A program made the position numbers and the translations under genes. Positions 30,179 to 38,642 of a stretch of 64,000 nt of DNA are shown piece by piece. The first letter of the stretch is position 1; the number at the start of each line of letters is the position of its first letter. The stretch is from Bradymonadia bacterium. Lineage in GTDB: Bacteria; Myxococcota_A; Bradymonadia; UBA7976; UBA1532. The stretch spans positions 1 through 64,000 of the forward strand of contig JBKAGE010000047.1 of the NCBI GenBank assembly GCA_046290225.1, given 5' to 3'. A model generated the notes under the pieces. That model was not told the origin of the DNA. It did no database searches and saw nothing but the letters and a program-made list of their open reading frames with translations.

Positions 30179-30570
30179 ATGAGTGAGCCAGATACGCTCG
30201 TTGGTCGGTGGGTGCTGTTCCCGTGGTTCGAAGAGCACGGCGAGGCACACTTTCACCGGATGATGTAAACATCGCCAAAGAGATACGGCCATACGGGAAG
30301 CTCTTCTTCGTCGCGCATCGAGATGGGAATTACCTGAGCGCCAAGTGGGGCGATCTGACCATTCGGCTCACCCCGTCGCTCGCCAAGCGTGTAGACCAGC
30401 CCTTCCATGCCATAGGCAGCACGCTCACTCTTCAAGATGGCCGCTCAGCCAAGGTGCTTGAGGTTCAATGGCACCATGGCCGTGCGGAGCCTTTCTATAT
30501 GCTCGAGGTCGAGGGCAAGAAAAAATCTAAACGATATTGGTCTTCGGACATACGCGAGCAAACCTGTTGA
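30179..30570 (+). pseudogene. frameshifted small protein (DUF6960-like, from memory)
   Basis: MSEPDTLVGRWVLFPWFEEHGEAHFH continues in another frame as PDDVNIAK...YMLEVEGKKKSKRY; one C missing at ~30256-30258. Confidence 0.6.
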
Positions 30571-30614
30571 AGGCATCCTGTCGGCCGCAGCGCTGCTCTG
30601 ACCGAAGCCCTACC

Positions 30615-32891
30615 TCAAGGTGTGTCGACGCGCCCCCACCGCCAGGCCCCCCCAATCACGATCAGCACCCCAAGAAAGAACAACCCGGTGCTCGCGGAGA
30701 AGCGCCACGGCGCAAACCGCATGGCGATCGTGTGCTGCCCCGGCGGCACCACCACCCCGCGGAACAGGTAGTTCACCCGATGTACCTGGGCCGGCTGACC
30801 ATCGACGGTGGCCTCCCAGGCGGGATACCAGGCCTCGAGGAACACCGCGAGGCCGCCCGTCTCACTGTCCACCGTGGCCTCGAGTTCGTCTGGCGTGATC
30901 CGTGTGAGGCGCCCAGGTGTGGCAGCGCCCGCCTGGGCCTTCACCAGCGGGCGGACCTCGTCGGCAACATCGGCCTCGGCCATCACCGCCACCGCACCGG
31001 CCTTGGCCCTCAACCAGCGATCTCGAACCCTGGCCTCGTCTTTGACCACCTGCACGTTGGGGTACACCGCCACCTGAGGCGCCGCCCCTTCAATGCGCCA
31101 AACCCCCTTCTCCAACTCCACGAAGCCTTTGTCGCGCTTGATGGCCCCGAGCTGCATGCGGTGGGGCAGCATGCGATGGCGGGGGCCCCGCAGGTAGTGG
31201 CCGGCGCCGAGATGCCGCAACAGTGAGGGCTGACGGCGGGTGCGCTTGATGATGTCGTTGTAGCGGCGAGATCCTAGCGGGTCACCCTCGTACCCGCTCA
31301 CGTCGCGTACGGCGAGGCGCACGCCCGGGCGGTACATCAAATAGTTGTCGTCATAGAGCCTGCCGGCGAGCACATCGTAGCCGATGCGCTCGATGACCGT
31401 GTCTCGCTCGGTCTCGGGCACTGGGAAGAAGTTCGATCCATGGACCCGGCTGCTCCCAGCCCATACGGCGATGACCGTGGCAGGCACCACCGCCCACGCC
31501 CACGCAGGAATACGCTCACCTTCGGCTTTCTGTCGCACCATCAGGATCACCACCCCCACCACCAGCAGGGCCAGCAGGGCCCCGAGGGCGAGGGCTTGCT
31601 GCTCGAGGCTCTTCGCTGCCTTGCCCCCCTGCCCCGCCATCACCGCGGCACCCACAGCGAAGCCCACGATGGTCACCAGAGCCACGCCACCGCAGATCCA
31701 GGCGAAGCGACGTCGGGCAGCGGCGTCGGCGCGCATCACCGCGGTGATGCCCACGGCGGCCCACACCGCCAGCCCCGCAGAGCAGAGCGCCGCATAGCGA
31801 TGGGGCCCACGGAACAGCCCAAAGGGCGGCAAGATCGAGGCGAGCCCCTTGAGCAGGAACCCGTTGCCGCCCAACGCCACCAAAGCGCCAAAGAGGGCCA
31901 GCATCGCCGGCCACGCCGAGTCTTTGGGCCGCCGCCAGAGCGCCGCGCCGGCAAAACACAGCGCCAGCAGCCCATAGTGGAACCCACGGTTGTTCACGTC
32001 GGGCAGGAACAACCCCAGCAATTTGTAGGGGGTCAGATCGGTCCTCAATACGAAGCTCGCGCCTCGAGCAGTCCGCACCGACTGCGTGAAGACCTCTTGC
32101 ACAGGCAGTAACGCCGGCGCGCCGAGCAGCACGGTCACCACGGCACCGAGACCCAGCGCCACCAGGAGGGGCTTGAAGTACGCCAGACGCTCACCTGCAT
32201 GGGCGCGCCATCGCCGCACCACGCCATCGACGAACATGAAGGCCACCCCGATGAGCATGTAGAACAGCGAGGGCGGGTTCCCGGCGAGCACAGGCAGAGC
32301 CATCACCCCACCGAGCATCACCCCCCGTCGCCAGCCTGGGCGCTCCATGACCCGGTCGAGGGCGATCCACACCCAGGGCAGCCACGAGATGGGCCACAAC
32401 AGCGCAGAGGCGGCGAAAGAGATGATCGGCGGCGCCAGGGCGAACAGATAGCCACCGACCCAACAGGCGGGCGTCGCCTCACCACGTCGCTTCAAGAAGG
32501 CGAACATGCCCACCGAGCCGAGCACCAGATGCAGCCAGTTCTTCAGCGCCACGGACCAGTAGGGCATCTCGCCCCCGATCCACGCCAGGGGCCAGGTGAG
32601 CCAGTTCACCGGGTAGAACTGCCCCGCTTGCGGATCGGCATATGACGGGAAGCCAAGGCGCTCCCAGGGGTTCCACAGTGGGACGTCCCCCTGTGACAGC
32701 CACCGGGCCTGATAGGCCACGTCACCCCAATATTCGGTGAGCATGTCCCAGCCCAGGGCCTTCTTCTCTCCGAAAGGCGACCACAGGAACCAGAACACGG
32801 CGGCAAATGTGAGGGCATAGACCGCCGCCACCGGAAGCAGCTTCTTGAAGCTGATCGGCACAGGCGATCTCGAAGTGGAGGGGGTGCTCAT
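30615..32891 (-). CDS. YfhO family membrane protein (GT-C fold glycosyltransferase-like)
   Basis: PLWNPW..LG.P..ADPQ...FYP; many TMs; E.WYP.W.ATVDG...RVNY.FRGV.VP.G.H. Confidence 0.85.
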   Translation of the reverse strand: MSTPSTSRSPVPISFKKLLPVAAVYALTFAAVFWFLWSPFGEKKALGWDMLTEYWGDVAYQARWLSQGDVPLWNPWERLGFPSYADPQAGQFYPVNWLTWPLAWIGGEMPYWSVALKNWLHLVLGSVGMFAFLKRRGEATPACWVGGYLFALAPPIISFAASALLWPISWLPWVWIALDRVMERPGWRRGVMLGGVMALPVLAGNPPSLFYMLIGVAFMFVDGVVRRWRAHAGERLAYFKPLLVALGLGAVVTVLLGAPALLPVQEVFTQSVRTARGASFVLRTDLTPYKLLGLFLPDVNNRGFHYGLLALCFAGAALWRRPKDSAWPAMLALFGALVALGGNGFLLKGLASILPPFGLFRGPHRYAALCSAGLAVWAAVGITAVMRADAAARRRFAWICGGVALVTIVGFAVGAAVMAGQGGKAAKSLEQQALALGALLALLVVGVVILMVRQKAEGERIPAWAWAVVPATVIAVWAGSSRVHGSNFFPVPETERDTVIERIGYDVLAGRLYDDNYLMYRPGVRLAVRDVSGYEGDPLGSRRYNDIIKRTRRQPSLLRHLGAGHYLRGPRHRMLPHRMQLGAIKRDKGFVELEKGVWRIEGAAPQVAVYPNVQVVKDEARVRDRWLRAKAGAVAVMAEADVADEVRPLVKAQAGAATPGRLTRITPDELEATVDSETGGLAVFLEAWYPAWEATVDGQPAQVHRVNYLFRGVVVPPGQHTIAMRFAPWRFSASTGLFFLGVLIVIGGAWRWGRVDTP

Positions 32892-32950
32892 GGGGCATGG
32901 GCATACCGCGTCGACGCGATGCGGCCAAGGCAGAAATCAGCTCGGGGCCT

Positions 32951-33835
32951 TCAGGTCCCCGGAGGGGCGATGACCACCATGTCCTCGATGAAGGCGGGAT
33001 CCCCGCTGTTGCTCGTACGGCTCAGCACCTGCCAGCGGTTTCGGCCACAGTCGCCGGTGTCCACCCACACTTTCTCGATCTCCGAGGTCTCGTTGACGAA
33101 GGAGCTCTGCGTCGTGTTCGACCCTGTCCTGCCCCCGTCATCCCTGGCGGAGTCAGCCCAGCTCAGGCGCCGGAAGTCCTGGTAGCGATAGATGGTGGTG
33201 GGCACCACCCAGTGACCCCCCTGGCGGGTGTACCGGGTGCCTGCAGCGTTGGGCTGGTAGTAGCCAAATCGCACGATGACGATGTGCCCCGCCTCGAGGT
33301 GGTCGAAGATTTTACGTGGGTTGGTGATGTCGTAGTTCCCCAGGTTCCGGCACTCTTTCTGACCTTCCCGCGTGATGGTGAAGTCGTCAGGGAGCATCAC
33401 CCTGAGGCCATCGACCATGCCGGAGATGTCGGTCCCGTTGACGGGATCGGTCTCCATGGCGTCGGCAACATCGGCGATGAGGCCATCACCCAGTCGCACC
33501 TTCAGCGCGTTGCCGACCAGCCTGGCAGTGCGCTCGCGGCCCGTGACACCGGCAGTGGTCTCCGGCTCGAGATCCACGTCTCCAGGATCGATCTCCGGAA
33601 ACCCTTCCCGGGCGAAGTAGTTGAGCACGTTGGCGCCCGCCGTGGGCCCGCAGTACATCGCGCCCTGACGGCGCTCAGGCCCCCAACTGGCAGGATCACG
33701 GCTCTGATCGAGATCAGTCATCCCCTGAACGGTGGCCAGAAACGACACGCCATCGGCGCCTTCGACAGCGGTGATGTCGGCATGGGCTGTGGTCGAAGCA
33801 AAGGTCAGGGCTGCGAGGGTCAACAATCGGCGCAT
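32951..33835 (-). CDS. secreted papain-fold (C39-like) cysteine peptidase-like protein
   Basis: Signal peptide; Q...YCGPTAGANV; GGHWV; WADS. Confidence 0.6.
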   Translation of the reverse strand: MRRLLTLAALTFASTTAHADITAVEGADGVSFLATVQGMTDLDQSRDPASWGPERRQGAMYCGPTAGANVLNYFAREGFPEIDPGDVDLEPETTAGVTGRERTARLVGNALKVRLGDGLIADVADAMETDPVNGTDISGMVDGLRVMLPDDFTITREGQKECRNLGNYDITNPRKIFDHLEAGHIVIVRFGYYQPNAAGTRYTRQGGHWVVPTTIYRYQDFRRLSWADSARDDGGRTGSNTTQSSFVNETSEIEKVWVDTGDCGRNRWQVLSRTSNSGDPAFIEDMVVIAPPGT

Positions 33836-33916
33836 GGGATCACTCCTTTCATCGTGGTCGATGTGGAGTTCGCAGCCTCGGCACAGCATCTGACATACAC
33901 ACCCCAAAAGGGGTCA

Positions 33917-33956
33917 CTGTGAACCGCGGGCACACTCCCCTGTGAACCGCAGGCAC
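33917..33956 (+). promoter_or_regulatory. 17-bp tandem direct repeat, candidate enhancer (UAS)
   Basis: CTGTGAACCGCGGGCAC (33917-33933) and CTGTGAACCGCAGGCAC (33940-33956). Confidence 0.6.
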
Positions 33957-34008
33957 GGTCGTCGTGAAATATTCACCACAAATGCGCGAAACAGGGCTTT
34001 TTCGAGTT

Positions 34009-34024
34009 CGGCACGCATCGTGCT
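34009..34024 (+). promoter_or_regulatory. sigma54 (-24/-12) promoter candidate
   Basis: CGGCACGCATCGTGCT: GG and GC at canonical spacing, 45 bp upstream of the ECF ATG. Confidence 0.6.
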
Positions 34025-34069
34025 CAAGAGGTCAGGGTCTTTCGATTCACGTTTTTCCGGAGCACCCAT

Positions 34070-34756
34070 ATGAACGCGACCAACCAGCAGAAGCTCGACC
34101 AGCAAAAGCTCGCCCAGAAGCTCAAGCAGCAAAAGCTGCGCGCTGAAGACGCCGCCCTCGTACGTGCCGCTCAAGAAGACGACGCACAGGCCTTCCGCAC
34201 CTTGGTGGAGCGCAACCAGCGCCGCGCCCACCACGTCGCCCTTTCGATCCTCAAAGACGCCGACGACGCCCACGATGCCACTCAGGAGGCCTTCGTCCGG
34301 GCCCACCGTAACCTCAAGCGGTTCAACGGCGAGTGCACGTTTTGGACATGGCTCTACCGCATCGTGGTCAACGTATGTATCGACGCCCGCCGCAAGCGCA
34401 AGCGCATGCCCACCGTGAGCTTCGAGGATGCATGGGCCGTAGGCAGTGAGGCGACGATCCTGCCCTTCTGCTCCGACATGCGCCTCGCTCACCCGGGCCA
34501 CGCTCTGGAGCAGCAGGAGCTCGGCCAGATGCTCAAAGAAGCCTTCAACGGCCTGAGCGAGGCCCACCGCGACATCCTGATGATGCGCGAGGTGGACTGC
34601 ATGAGCTACGCGGAGATCGCCGAGCGCCTCGGCTGCGCCCCTGGCACGGTGATGAGCCGCCTGCACCACGCCCGCCACAACTTCCGCAAGGCGTTTGGGC
34701 CTTACATGAAGCGCGGCGGGCGGCCGAAGAAGATCATTACGCGGTTGGCGGCCTGA
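34070..34756 (+). CDS. ECF sigma-70 factor
   Basis: DA.DATQEAFVRA, F.TWLYRI.VN.CID, SYAEIAE.LG...GTV.SRLH.AR. Confidence 0.9.
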   Translation: MNATNQQKLDQQKLAQKLKQQKLRAEDAALVRAAQEDDAQAFRTLVERNQRRAHHVALSILKDADDAHDATQEAFVRAHRNLKRFNGECTFWTWLYRIVVNVCIDARRKRKRMPTVSFEDAWAVGSEATILPFCSDMRLAHPGHALEQQELGQMLKEAFNGLSEAHRDILMMREVDCMSYAEIAERLGCAPGTVMSRLHHARHNFRKAFGPYMKRGGRPKKIITRLAA

Positions 34757-35585
34757 GTGGGTGAGCGGACGGCGTGCTTTGGCACGGGCGCCGCTCAGGA
34801 CACACACCGTTGAGCGACCAGTCCACCGGCACGAACTTCACCGACGGTGACCCTTCCACCACCTTCGCGTTGTACTTCTTGATGTACGCGATCGGATCCC
34901 CCAGATCCCCCTTGTACCACTCGAACAGCTGGCTCAAGTGCAGCGTGTCCCCCTCGCGGCGTACATAGCGCTCGTCAGCAGTGATGCGCGTCGCCGCCTG
35001 CTCCAGGCGATCCAACACATCCTCTTCCGAGAAGGCTGTGCGCTCCAGCGGAGCCGAGCCCTTCGCTGCCTTGCTCAGCACGAAGTGGATCGCCCCGTTG
35101 TGGCGGAACACCTCGCGGATCAACTCCTGCTCCACCGTGTCGAGGGTGACCTTCGAATCGCCCATGGCGTAGCCCACCCGCCAGAAGAAGCCTCCGCTGA
35201 AGTAAGCGTCCTGCACTGAGTTGAGCGGGCAGGACTCCAGCACCCCAGCGAGCACAAAGGCGTTGTAGGCGTTGATGTAATACGCCAGGCGGGCCTTGTC
35301 GGTCTTGAAGCGGTGAGGCGCCGAGGCCGGGCTCGTACCCCGGATCATGCCCAGGTAACGGTCCAGATCACCACGGGCGCCGGCGAGGGCCTTGTAGTCC
35401 ACAGTGCCATCTTCGGCCACCACGCGCTGCAGCACTGTGGTCCAGGCGCTGTGATCGAAGCCCACCTCGGGTGGGGGCACCGGCGCCGCCTCCGGGCCGG
35501 AGATGCCACCAGGGCGGAGCCAGTACAAGGTGACCATCACCACAGTGGCGACGATCACCAGCCAGGAAGATTTGAGGAAGTTCAT
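34737..35585 (-). CDS. DUF547 domain protein
   Basis: FDH..W...L, G.VDY..L, LAYYINAYNA, TLD.VE, IHF.L, LSQLFEWY..D, DWSLN. Confidence 0.85.
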   Translation of the reverse strand: MNFLKSSWLVIVATVVMVTLYWLRPGGISGPEAAPVPPPEVGFDHSAWTTVLQRVVAEDGTVDYKALAGARGDLDRYLGMIRGTSPASAPHRFKTDKARLAYYINAYNAFVLAGVLESCPLNSVQDAYFSGGFFWRVGYAMGDSKVTLDTVEQELIREVFRHNGAIHFVLSKAAKGSAPLERTAFSEEDVLDRLEQAATRITADERYVRREGDTLHLSQLFEWYKGDLGDPIAYIKKYNAKVVEGSPSVKFVPVDWSLNGVCPERRPCQSTPSAHPLRPPTA

Positions 35586-35631
35586 CGGCCCTCCCGAGGG
35601 ATCAGCAGAGGGAGAGGCCGCGGGGCGGGGC

Positions 35632-36249
35632 TCAGGCGGCGAGGGGCTCCAGCGCCTCGGCCTCCATCAGGGAGCGCACCTGCTTGCGGGCTCGGTGCAG
35701 TCGGGACTTCACCGCCGGCACCGAGAGGCCAGAACGATCTCGGATCTGCTTGAGATCGAGGCCTTCCTCCACCCAGAGTCGCAGGATGCTGCCATATTGC
35801 GGCGGCAAGCGCGAGATGGCCCCTTCGACGCGGTTGGCGAGCTCGGTGCCCACGGCCATCTCGTCCGGGGAGAAAGGCCGGGAGCCTCGACCCATCACCG
35901 CGGCGCCGTCCACCGCCTGCTCGGAGTCGTGCAGGCGATCGTCGATCGAGTCGGTGCGACGACGGCGCCGGGAGCGCAGGTTCATGCGCACGCAGTTGAG
36001 GACGATGCGGGCGATCCAGGCCCGGAAGCCACCGAAGGTGTCGCCCTGGAACGTGTGCAGCTTGGTGAAGATGCGCAGGGTGACCTCCTGGGCCACGTCC
36101 TCCGCCTCGTCCGGATCACCGAGGGCCTTGAGGGCCCGCCAGTAGATGTCGTTGCGCAAGGGCTCGATGAGCGCGTGCATCGCCCGCTCGTCTCCGTTGC
36201 GGGCCTTGTCGAGGAGCATGGGGAACTCGGGATGCTCTGTGCGTGCCAT
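35632..36249 (-). CDS. ECF sigma-70 factor
   Basis: AEDVAQEV, FRAWIARI..N, AVKSRLHRAR. Confidence 0.9.
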   Translation of the reverse strand: MARTEHPEFPMLLDKARNGDERAMHALIEPLRNDIYWRALKALGDPDEAEDVAQEVTLRIFTKLHTFQGDTFGGFRAWIARIVLNCVRMNLRSRRRRRTDSIDDRLHDSEQAVDGAAVMGRGSRPFSPDEMAVGTELANRVEGAISRLPPQYGSILRLWVEEGLDLKQIRDRSGLSVPAVKSRLHRARKQVRSLMEAEALEPLAA

Positions 36250-36292
36250 GGGTACTGCCTTTCAAAATCTCTTGTGCGTTTACAACCTGGAT

Positions 36293-36318
36293 AACGAACG
36301 ACGTCTTCCCGTTGTTAC
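36293..36318 (-). promoter_or_regulatory. ECF-type promoter candidate (GTAAC-N17-CGTT)
   Basis: Minus strand GTAAC aacgggaagacgtcgtt CGTT, 43 bp upstream of the ECF start, in an AT-rich intergenic region. Confidence 0.45.
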
Positions 36319-36464
36319 TTTTTTTGTTACATTTAACCTCACACAAACGTTTTATGCTTTCATCACGAGCACTTGGCCTATTCAAAAAAAGCACTTCGTC
36401 TTCAGGCTTGAGTGAATGGGCCCTCTTCACCGAACATTGAGTCGACGACAGAAGGGCTCATGGA

Positions 36465-38117
36465 GTGAATGCGCCGATCAGCGTCCTCCTCGTGGAGGAC
36501 AACGATGATGACGTGGCGATCCTGCGCCGCTATATCCGTCGCTGCCCGGGCAGCTGGCGGGTTGAAGTGGCCTATTCTGGGGCAGAAGCTCTAAAGGCCG
36601 CCCGCTTGCGCAACCACGACGTGGGGCTCCTCGACTACCACCTCCCCGATCAAACCGGCACCGAGCTGATCTACCGCCTGCGAGAGGCGGCGCCTGATCT
36701 GCCCCTGGTCATGCTCACGGGTCACGGCGACGAGCGCCTCGCCGTCGAGGTGATGAAGGCAGGCGCATACGATTACCTGCGCAAAGTCGAGCTGACCCCC
36801 GAGGTGCTCTACCGCACGCTCCACAACGTGCTCGAGCGCGCCCGCCTCGAGCTCGAAGTGCAGCAGGCCCAGAACCGCCTGCGTGAGTGGGCGATCCGCG
36901 ATGGGCTCACGGGGCTCTTCAACCACCGGCACTTTCAAGAGCTGCTGCAGAACGAATACCTGCGCTCAGATCGATATGATCAGCCCCTGAGCTGCATGAT
37001 GCTCGACCTCGATCACTTCAAGAGCATCAACGACACCTACGGCCACCCTTTCGGTGACGAGGTGCTCAAGCGAGTGGCCACCACCCTCGGTGGCGCAGCC
37101 CGGCAGGTGGACATCATCGCCCGGTATGGCGGTGAAGAGTTCGTCGCCGTATTGCCCAACACCGATCTCGACGGCGCGCTCAAGCTCGCAGAGCGCATCC
37201 GGAGCGAAGTGGCCGCCCAGCCCTTCGTCTTCGAAGGCCACACAGTGCATCTGACGGTGTCAGTGGGCGTGGCCACCACAGATGATCCCCGCGTGAACGG
37301 GGAGCGCGATCTCATCAAGCAGGCCGATGCCGCCCTCTACCAAGCGAAGTGGCAGGGCCGAAACCGGGTGCGGGTCATCGACCCCGCCCTGCCGGTGATG
37401 CCGACCCCCTCGTCGACCCAGGGCGCCCTGAGAGGCCTCACCCCGCCGCCGCTGTCCATGGGACACGCCGCCCTCGTGGCTCAACGGCTCGACGAGTCGG
37501 GCCGCAAGGCCCTGGTCAATCACCTCGTGGCCACAGTGGAGATGTACGAATCACGGGATCCGTGGTTCCGCAGCCATTCTGCCCGCACGGCCACTCTGGC
37601 CACGGGCTTCGGCGCCACCATCGGGGTGTCGACGGCAGAGCTCGCGGTGTTGAAGGTGGGGGCTCAGCTCCACGACATCGGCCGTCTGTCATTGCCTGAT
37701 CACATCTGGTTGCAAGTGGCGCCGCTGAGCGCCGAGACCTGGGACCAGATCAAGAGTCACCCGGATCGGGGTGCTCAGGTGCTGGCGATGTCGGGGGCCC
37801 TCGATCAGGAGGCCCTCATCGCCCGACATCACCACGAGTGTTGGGATGGCACGGGCTACCCTGACGGCCTCGTCGGAGAGCAGATCCCGCGGCTGGCCCG
37901 CATCGTGGCCCTCGCCGATGGCTTCGCCGCCATGACCGCGCCCCGCACCTGGCGGCCGCCCATGAGCGCCGAAGAGGCCCTGAGTCACATCGAGAGCCTC
38001 GCGGGATCGCGCTACGATCCTGCCCTGGCCCCCCTGTTCGTCGAGCACATCCGCGCCCTGGCCATCACGGGACGCACCACCCCTGCTCCGGAGCCTGCGC
38101 GCTCCACTGAGGATTGA
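36465..38117 (+). CDS. response regulator with GGDEF and HD-GYP domains
   Basis: REC (LLVED, LLDY.LP); RQVD I-site and GGEEF; HDIG, HHE.WDG.GYP. Confidence 0.9.
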   Translation: MNAPISVLLVEDNDDDVAILRRYIRRCPGSWRVEVAYSGAEALKAARLRNHDVGLLDYHLPDQTGTELIYRLREAAPDLPLVMLTGHGDERLAVEVMKAGAYDYLRKVELTPEVLYRTLHNVLERARLELEVQQAQNRLREWAIRDGLTGLFNHRHFQELLQNEYLRSDRYDQPLSCMMLDLDHFKSINDTYGHPFGDEVLKRVATTLGGAARQVDIIARYGGEEFVAVLPNTDLDGALKLAERIRSEVAAQPFVFEGHTVHLTVSVGVATTDDPRVNGERDLIKQADAALYQAKWQGRNRVRVIDPALPVMPTPSSTQGALRGLTPPPLSMGHAALVAQRLDESGRKALVNHLVATVEMYESRDPWFRSHSARTATLATGFGATIGVSTAELAVLKVGAQLHDIGRLSLPDHIWLQVAPLSAETWDQIKSHPDRGAQVLAMSGALDQEALIARHHHECWDGTGYPDGLVGEQIPRLARIVALADGFAAMTAPRTWRPPMSAEEALSHIESLAGSRYDPALAPLFVEHIRALAITGRTTPAPEPARSTED

Positions 38118-38159
38118 TGGTGTCGGGGAAGATCACCTCGATCGCCGAGGAGCTCGGAA

Positions 38160-38642
38160 GTGTCTGAGAAGCCCCAAAAACAGCCACCGGTGAAGCCCCC
38201 GATTCACATCGTACTCGTCGAAGATGACGACAACGATGTTCGCATCATACGTCGGGCGATCCGCCGTGGGCACCTCAACAACACCATCACCGTGGTCCGC
38301 GACGGACAAGAGGCGCTCGATTATCTACACCGCCGCCCGCCCTTTGACGATACAGAGGCCTGGCCCTGGCCCGATTTGCTGTTACTCGACATCCACTTGC
38401 CTCGGATCAACGGCATCGACGTGTTGCAAATGATCAAGCGCGATCCCGAGCTGAACACCCTGCCGGTGCTCATGCTCACCACGTCGGCCCGGAGAGAAGA
38501 CGTCGCGATGTCGTACATGCGAGGGGCCAACGGCTTCATCTGCAAGCCCATCGAGTTCGCCCGGTTCATCGAGGTCATCAACGACCTCAACGAGTACTGG
38601 ACGGCGGTCTCGCGTGGGCCCTCGGACAGGAGATCAGGATGA
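38160..38642 (+). CDS. single-domain response regulator (Rcp1-like)
   Basis: LVEDD, PDLLLLDI.LP, LTTS, GANGFI.KP. Confidence 0.9.
   Translation: MSEKPQKQPPVKPPIHIVLVEDDDNDVRIIRRAIRRGHLNNTITVVRDGQEALDYLHRRPPFDDTEAWPWPDLLLLDIHLPRINGIDVLQMIKRDPELNTLPVLMLTTSARREDVAMSYMRGANGFICKPIEFARFIEVINDLNEYWTAVSRGPSDRRSG

Noticed and set aside
27100..30614. Integrative-element boundaries around the DUF262-HipA block
   Set aside because: No integrase, transposase, tRNA or flanking direct repeat could be found by eye
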